A stretch of 64,000 nucleotides of DNA from Ostrea edulis (lineage: Eukaryota), in NCBI RefSeq assembly GCF_947568905.1, contig NC_079173.1:3720001-3784000 (forward strand). Reading direction: 5' to 3'. The notes beneath the pieces were generated by a model. It was not told the origin of the DNA. It saw nothing but the letters and a program-made list of their open reading frames with translations, and searched no databases. Position 1 is the stretch's first letter, and the number at the start of each line of letters is the position of its first letter. Positions 51,701 through 60,700 of this stretch are shown piece by piece. The translations under genes and the position numbers were made by a program.

Positions 51701-54700
51701 TCCCTCAGATTTTGATTTCCTCAGAATGAGCACATACTGTAAATGTATTACATTTGGCTGTGTATTCTATTTAGCGCCTTTGGCGGAACGCAGCTTCCGC
51801 TAAATCAAGTACATCGCTAAATGCCATCCGTAAATCTAGATGTTTAAAGTAATTCAGGAATGCGCTAAATCAAATATACGCTAACTTGTTGAAAAAACGA
51901 TTTCCGCCAAATATCGTATACGCCAAATATAATACGTTTACAGTATCTCCCCCAAATTTCCTCAGAATGAGTACATATCTCCCCCTAATTTCCCACAAAC
52001 CTTTTCATCTCGGTCTTTTTCATCATCATAATTCCTATTTTCTTTTTCACTCAGATCATCCCCATTGGATTTCTGTTAAACAAATACTTGCATGAATAAA
52101 AATACTCAAAATAGAAATACTCACACAGAAAATAGTCCCACAATTAGAAATACTCACACAGAAATAGTCCCACAATTAGAAATACTCACACAGAAATAGT
52201 CCCACAAATAGAAATATTCACACAGAAATAGTCCCACAAATAGAAATATTCACACAGAAATAGTTCCACAAATAGAAATACTCACACAGAAATAGTCCCA
52301 CAAATAGAAATACACAGAAATAGTCCCACAAATAGAAATATTCACACAGAAATAGTCCCACAAATAGAAATACTCACACAGAAATAGTCCCACAAATAGA
52401 AATACACAGAAATAGTCCCACAAATAGAAATATTCACACAGAAATAGTCCCACAAATAGAAATATTCACACAGAAATAGTCCCACAAATAGAAATACTCA
52501 CACAGAAATAGTCCCACAAATAGAAATATACAGAAATAGTCCCACAAATAGAAATACTCACACAGAAATAGTCCCACAAATAGAAATACACAGAAATAGT
52601 CCCACAAATAGAAATAGTCCCACAAACAGAAATACTCAAATAGAAATTCTCACACAGAAATAGTCCCACAAATAGAAATAATAGAAATACACACACAGAA
52701 ATAGTCCCACAAATAGAAATACTCACACAGAAAAAGTCCCACAATTAGAAATATTCACACAGAAATAGTCCCACAAATAGAAATATTCACACAGAAATAG
52801 TCCCACAAATAGAAATACTCACACAGAAATAGTCCCACAAATAGAAATACACAGAAATAGTCCCACAAATAGAAATATTCACACAGAAATAGTCCCACAA
52901 ATAGAAATATTCACACAGAAATAGTCCCACAAATAGAAATACTCACACAGAAATAGTCCCACAAATAGAAATACACAGAAATAGTCCCACAAATAGAAAT
53001 ACTCACACAGAAATAGTCCCACAAATAGAAATACACAGAAATAGTCCCACAAATAGAAATACTCACACAGAAATAGTCCCACAAATAGAAATACACAGAA
53101 ATAGTCCCACAAATAGAAATAGTCCCACAAATAGAAATACTCAAATAGAAATTCTCACACAGAAATAGTCCCACAAATAGAAATAATAGAAATACACACA
53201 CAGAAATAGTCCCACAAATAGAAATACTCACACAGAAAAAGTCCCACAAATAGAAATACTCACACAGAAATAGTCCCACAAATAGAAATACACAGAAATA
53301 GTCCCACAAATAGAAATACTCACACAGAAATAGTCCCACAAATAGAAATACTCACACAGAAATAGTCCCACAAATAGAAATACACAGAAATAGTCCCACA
53401 AATAGAAATACTCACACAGAAATAGTCCCACAAATAGAAATATTCACACAAAATATTTCATTTAGCTGTATTGCAATTTATATTTCCAGCCATCTAGTTA
53501 CTATTAATCAAAACGAAATAGATGGAATCAATTTCTAAATCTGTGGTAAAATAATACAATGTTCGTTTCAAAACAAAACATGTAATAGGCGTAAAATACT
53601 GTATATTGGGAAATATTCGCCCCATTTTATTTTTGTCCCATTTGCTCTCGTTGTCACCGGGCGAATTTAAGAGAAAGTGTTTTCTCTCATTTATCACAAC
53701 TATGTCTGGGCAAATTTAAAACAGGGTGAAACTGTCTGCAAGTGTAGAAATAGGGCGAAAATAAAACAGGGCGAAAATAACACGGGGCGAAAATAACTCT
53801 TTATATAGAACCATATAACCACAAAAACAGCATTTTTTTGCGAAGTACTATCATCCAACTGGCAAGTACAATTGTAGTAAACTTGACCTCCACATAAGTC
53901 CATGACCTTTAACCTTTAGCCACATAGCTATGACCATTCAATTCACTGTGCATGAAGTTTTTAACTTATATAGTTTGAAAATTATGACTATCGTTAATCT
54001 TGTGGTCAAAGTCAGAAAGACTGACCAAATTAAATACCTCCACCTCCCGCCCATCCTGATACTTAATCTAAAAGACGACAAAATTACATAAAAAAAACTA
54101 ACCCTGCCTCCATAGGCATTGTTATTATTTCCGTCACTGTCCATGGGTTCAATCCATTGAGATTTATCTCCCCTTCTGGCGGTCAAAGCGAGAATCCGGC
54201 CATCAGTGGCGCTACATACACTTACATCAGGCTCATTCCCTGTTCTCTGTGACCTTTTCTTCCTTTGTACTATTAAAAAAAATAAAGAATCATGAGTACA
54301 TTATAAGGATTATATAGGGATTATTTATGGGATTATATATGGGATTATACATGGGATTATATAAGGGATTATACATGGGATTGTATAGGGATCATATATG
54401 GGATTATATAGGAATTATATAGGGATTAAGCCAAAGATAATTCTGACATTTACATACCTCTTACTGATGTGTGTGCAGCCTGATATTTCATGCACATATG
54501 TCGATTGTCTGCCATTGTCTTGGGTATCCAGGCAGATAGCATTATTTCCAATCCACCGATGAAATTCTGAATTTCTTTGAATTTGTTTTCTGTAAACATT
54601 AAAACAGAAAACAAGATGTAAATGACAGAATATTTATCTTATTTTACACTATGTATTGGAATATTTACATACACTACGTATTGGAATATTTACATACACT

Positions 54701-57700
54701 ACGTATTGGAATATTTACATACACTACGTATTGGAATACTTATATACACTACGTATTGGAATATTTACATACACTACGTATTGGAATACTTACATACACT
54801 ACGTATTGGAATATTTACATACACTACGTATTGGAATACTTACATACACTACGTATTGGAATATTTACATACACTACGTATTGGAATATTTATATACACT
54901 ATGTATTGGAATACTTACATACATTACGTATTGGAATACTTACATACATTACGTATTGGAATACTTATATACACTACGTATTGGAATATTTATATACACT
55001 ACGTATTGGAATATTTATATACACTAGGTATTGGAATACTTATATACATTACGTATTGGAATATTTACATACACTATGTATTGGAATACTTACATACACT
55101 ACGTATTGGAATATTTACATACACTACGTATTGGAATACTTACATACACTACGTATTGGAATATTTATATACATTACGTATTGGAATACTTATATTTCAT
55201 AATATGAGTACATTGCTAGAGAATGGCTTTAGACATAATACATTAAGGAGTGATTTCAAACAGACTCCCTGCAATGGAAACAAGATAGGGTGAGCCTGTT
55301 TGAAATCTCCTTCCCCTTACAGCTGGTACTCTTGGAATTTTATATCATCAAAAGAACATCCTATACTTGTTCCTATTTCCCCTGCCAGCCTCCCCGATTC
55401 ATCCTATACTTGTTCCTATTTCCCCTGCCAGCCTCCCCGATTCATCCTATACTTGTTCCTATTTCCCCTGCCAGCCTCCCCGATTCATCCTATACTTGTT
55501 CCTATTTCCCCTGCCAGCCTCCCCGATTCATCCTATACTTGTTCCCATTTCCCCTGCCAGCCTCCCCGATTCATCCTATACTTGTTACTATTTCCCCTGC
55601 CAGCCTCCCCGATTCATCCTATACTTGTTCCTATTTCCCTGCTAGCCTCCCCGATTCATCCTATACTTGTTCCTATTTCCCCTGCCAGCCTCCCCGATTC
55701 ATCCTATACTTGTTCCTATTTCCCTGCTAGCCTCCCCGATTCATCCTATACTTGTTCCTATTTCCCCTGCCAGCCTCCCCGATTCATCCTATACTTGTTC
55801 CTATTTCCCTGCTAGCCTCCCCGATTCATCCTATACTTGTTCCTATTTCCCCTGCCAGCCTCCCCGATTCATCGGAGGTATAAAATATTAAAGTTGAAGC
55901 CTAAGTATCTAATCATTAATCTGTACCCCCCCCCCCCCCCCCCCCCCCCCCATTAAATTCATTGTTTTCTTTTCCCTTCGATTCCGTATCATCTATAAAT
56001 TCAAATTACATGCACACCTGCTAGCTCTATGTTTTCCTGAAGATCAGTCATCCACTTTGTAAGACTTCCTCCGAGCCTGTCGACATTTACCTCGCTGTCA
56101 CTATCTATGTCTCCTTTCTCTGCAGACCATTCTGTTTCCTGTTTCCTGCAGACTTCCTTATTCACTTTCAATCCTTCTCGCATTTCTTTTATTTCTTTGG
56201 TTTCGTAAATTGTGTCTCTTTGGATCAGGTTCTTCTCGTCCGTTTTCAATTCTACAATTATTACCATTCAGTGTAATCTTGATGAGAATGCAGTGAGAGG
56301 ATTGACAAGTAAAATAAAACAGTTCTAGTGTAGCATCACGAGCAGTCAACTCATTATCAAACTATGTATGTTTAGAAACAAGCAAGATCTTTATAAATAC
56401 CCACTTTTATAAATGTAAGTCATTTTAAAAAATTTTCAAGCGAATTTACGTCTTTAATTTATCAAAGTAACAAATCCTCATTTATAATCAATGTAAATTC
56501 TTTGAATTATTATATTTTATTAATGTAGCAGAAAAAAATTTCTTTTCATTACTTCTAATGAATGGGCATTCTGTTGACAGAGTTGTGTCCCTTAAAGAGG
56601 GGAGGGATGCAAGGCTCAACAACTCCCCCACCAGGTTTCCCAAATCCCCCATGTGTTCCTCAGCACTCCTGCTAAAATCACGCAACAATATAGAACTATC
56701 GTAACTCAATCTGTAATCATGTAACAATTATATAGAACTATCGTAATTCAATCTGTAATCACGTAACAATTATATAAAACTATCGTAATTCAATCTGTAA
56801 TCACGTAACAATTATATAGAACTATCATAATTCAATCTGTAATCATGTAACAATATAGAACTATGGAATTCAATCTGTAATCACATAACAATATAGAACT
56901 ATCGTAATTCAATCTGTAATCACATAACAATATAGAACAATTGTAATTCAATCTGTAATCACGTAACAATTATATAGAACTATCGTAATTCAATCTGTAA
57001 TTACGTAACAATTATATAGAACTATCGTAATTCAATCTGTAATCACGTAACAATTATATAGAACTACTGCAATTCAATCTGTAATCACGTAACAATTATA
57101 TAAAACTAACTCAATCTGTAATCACGTAACAATTATATAGAACTATTGTAATTCAATCTGTAATCATGTAACAATTATATAGAACTATTGTAATTCAATC
57201 TGTAATCATGTAACAATTATATAAAACTATTGTAATTCAATCTGTAATCACGTAACAATTATATAGAACTATCGTAACTCAATCTGTAATCATGTAACAA
57301 TTATATAGAACTATCGTAACTCAATCTGTAATCACGTAACAATATAGAACTATTGTAATTCAATCTGTAATCACGTAACAATTATATAGAACTATCGTAA
57401 TTCAATCTGTAATCACGTAACAATTATATAGAACTATCGTAATTCAATCTGTAATTACGTAACAATTATATAGAACTATCGTAATTCAATCTGTAATCAC
57501 GTAACAATTATATAGTACTACTGCAATTCAATCTGTAATCACGTAACAATTATATAAAACTATCGTAATTCAATCTGTAATCACATAACAATATAAAACT
57601 ATTGTAATTCAATCTGTAATCACGTAACAATTATATAGAACTATTGTAATTCAATCTGTAATCACGTAACAATATAGAACTATTGTAATTCAATCTGTAA

Positions 57701-60700
57701 TCACATAACAATTATATAGAACTATCGTAATTCAATCTGTAATCACGTAACAATTATATAGAACTATCGTAATTCAATCTGTAATTACGTAACAATTATA
57801 TAGAACTATCGTAATTCAATCTGTAATCACGTAACAATTATATAGTACTACTGCAATTCAATCTGTAATCACGTAACAATTATATAAAACTATCGTAATT
57901 CAATCTGTAATCACATAACAATATAAAACTATTGTAATTCAATCTGTAATCACGTAACAATTATATAGAACTATTGTAATTCAATCTGTAATCACGTAAC
58001 AATATAGAACTATTGTAATTCAATCTGAAATCATCGTAACAATTATATAGAACTATTGTAATTCAATCTGTAATCACGTAACAATTATATAGAACTATTG
58101 CAATTCAATCTGTAATCATGTAACAATTATATAGAACTATCGTAATTCAATCTGTAATCACCGTAACAATTATACAGAACTATCATAATTCAATCTGTAA
58201 TCACGTAACAATTATATAGAACTATCGTAATTCAATCTGTAATCATGTAACAATATAGAACTATCGTAATTCAATCTGTAATCACGTAACAATATAGAAC
58301 TATCGTAACTCAATCTGTAATCACGTAACAATTATATAGAACTATTGTAATTCAATCTGTAATCACGTAACAATATAGAACTATTGTAATTCAATCTGAA
58401 ATCACCGTAACAATTATATAGAACTATTGTAATTCAATCTGTAATCACGTAACAATTATATAGAACTATTGTAATTCAATCTGTAATCACGTAACAATAT
58501 AAAACTATTGTAATTCAATCTGAAATCACCGTAACAATTATATAGAACTATTGTAATTCAATCTGTAATCACGTAACAATTATATAGAACTATTGTAATT
58601 CAATCTGTAATCACGTAACAATTATATAGAACTATTGCAATTCAATCTGTAATCACGTAACAATTATATAGAACTATCGTAATTCAATCTGTAATCACGT
58701 AACAATTATACAGAACTATCATAATTCAATCTGTAATCACGTAACAATTATATAGAACTATCGTAATTCAATCTGTAATCATGTAACAATATAGAACTAT
58801 CGTAACTCAATCTGTAATCACGTAACAATTATATAGAACTATTGTAATTCAATCTGTAATCACGTAACAATTATATAGATCTATCGTAATTCAATCTGTA
58901 ATCACGTAACAATTATATAGAACTATCGTAATTCAATCTGTAATCACGTAACAATTATATAGAACTATTGTAATTCAATCTGTAATCACGTAACAATTAT
59001 ATAGAACAATTGTAATTCAATCTGTAATCACGTAAAAATATAGAACTACCGCAATTCAATCCAAAATTACATAACAATATAGAACTATCGTAATTCAATC
59101 TGTAATCATGTAACAATATAGAACTATCGTAATTCAATCTGTCAATCTCTAAAGAAATGTATTGATTCCGCTTTCCATGATTTCTGAATTTTAAGCATTA
59201 ATTATTAATATAAGATGCAAATTTTTATCATACCATATAAGTGGAATTATTTGTGAGACATAAATTTAGCGATTTTTTCCATTAAAACGGGTATATATAT
59301 TTAGCGAGAGTTAATTCTAGCGACTTTATAATTGATAACTATTACCTCCGATATGAAATCAATCGTTAGCGATATTCAAATTTAGCGATCTCATCACTGT
59401 CGCTAATAATGCCAAAATTAAATCCTTGCTAAAAATTCTGCTTAATATACAGTAACTTAATTGTCTGAAAATCAAAATAATTCAATACCTCACTTAGATG
59501 AAATCCATTACCTATCCTCACTAATAAGCACAAGTTTTAACCATGTTGAAAAACAAAGGTTTTAGATCTCTATATACAAGTAGCGTTACATGAAATAAAG
59601 TAATAAATTTAGGAATTCTACTTTTTTCTGACAGGATATAGTACTGATATGCTTGACAGATTGTCTAGACACGGTGTACTGACTTTTGCCTGCAGGGAGG
59701 ATGATCTCGGACACTTTGTACGACCAGAGTCAGCTCGTTCTCGGGAAATAAACGCCTTGATGGACTCTGTTGTATGATGCATTTGTTTGGTTGGCTCTCT
59801 ACGATATCAACATTAGGATCTCTATTTGGTTTAAAGCTTTTTCTCTCATCCTCTCCGAACCCGTCGTTAACATTTTCAGTGTAGTCAGTCCTTCAACAAA
59901 AATTTGAAATACATCAGATTATTTTGATATTTTTTTGGTCAGCATTTTGAGCTATGTGGTATAGTAGCAGGTTATATGTGACTAGTGACTATGTGGTATA
60001 TAGTCGCAGGTTATATGTGACTAGTGACTGTGGTATATAGTAGCAGGTTACAAGTGACTAGTGACTATGTGGTATATAGTAGCAGGTTACAAGTGACTAG
60101 TGACTATGTGGTACAGTAGCAGGTTACATGTGACTAGTGACTGTGGTATATAGTAGCAGGTTACAAGTGACTAGTGACTATGTGGTATATAGTAGCAGGT
60201 TACAAGTGACTAGTGACTATGTGGTACAGTAGCAGGTTACATGTGACTAGTGACTATGTGGTATAGTAGCAGGTTACATGTGACTAGTGACTATGTGGTA
60301 TAGTAGCATTTACATGTGACTGTGGTGTAGTAGCAGGTTACATGTGACTAGTGACTATGTGGTATATAGTAGCAGGTTCCATGTGACTAGTGACTATGTG
60401 GTATATAGTAGCAGGTTCCATGTGACTAGTGACTATGTGGTATATAGTAGCAGGTTACAAGTGACTTGTGACTATGTGGTACAGTAGCAGGTTACATGTG
60501 ACTAGTGACTATGTGGTATATAGTAGCAGGTTCCATGTGACTAGTGACTATGTGGTATATAGTAGCAGGTTATATGTGACTAGTGACTATGTGGTATAGT
60601 AGCAGGTTACAAGTGACTAGTGACTATGTGGTATAGTAGCAGGTTACATGTGACTAGTGACTATGTGGTATAGTAGCAGGTTATATGTGACTAGTGACTA

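Noticed and set aside
51630-51760. Candidate exon with EEIKI similar to the kinase alphaC region
   Set aside because: There are stops in all three frames after the acceptor; the sequence is part of a degenerate local duplication around a MITE.
55200-55345. Coding-looking island with splice-like signals on both strands
   Set aside because: The implied introns are only about 33-52 nt, all minus-strand phase combinations hit stops, and the flanking exons join in phase without it.
52250-55891. Many overlapping ORFs in all frames (YFYLWD, IGIFTY and PASPIHP repeats)
   Set aside because: Translation of 28/32-, 25- and 43-bp repeats that lack stops by composition.
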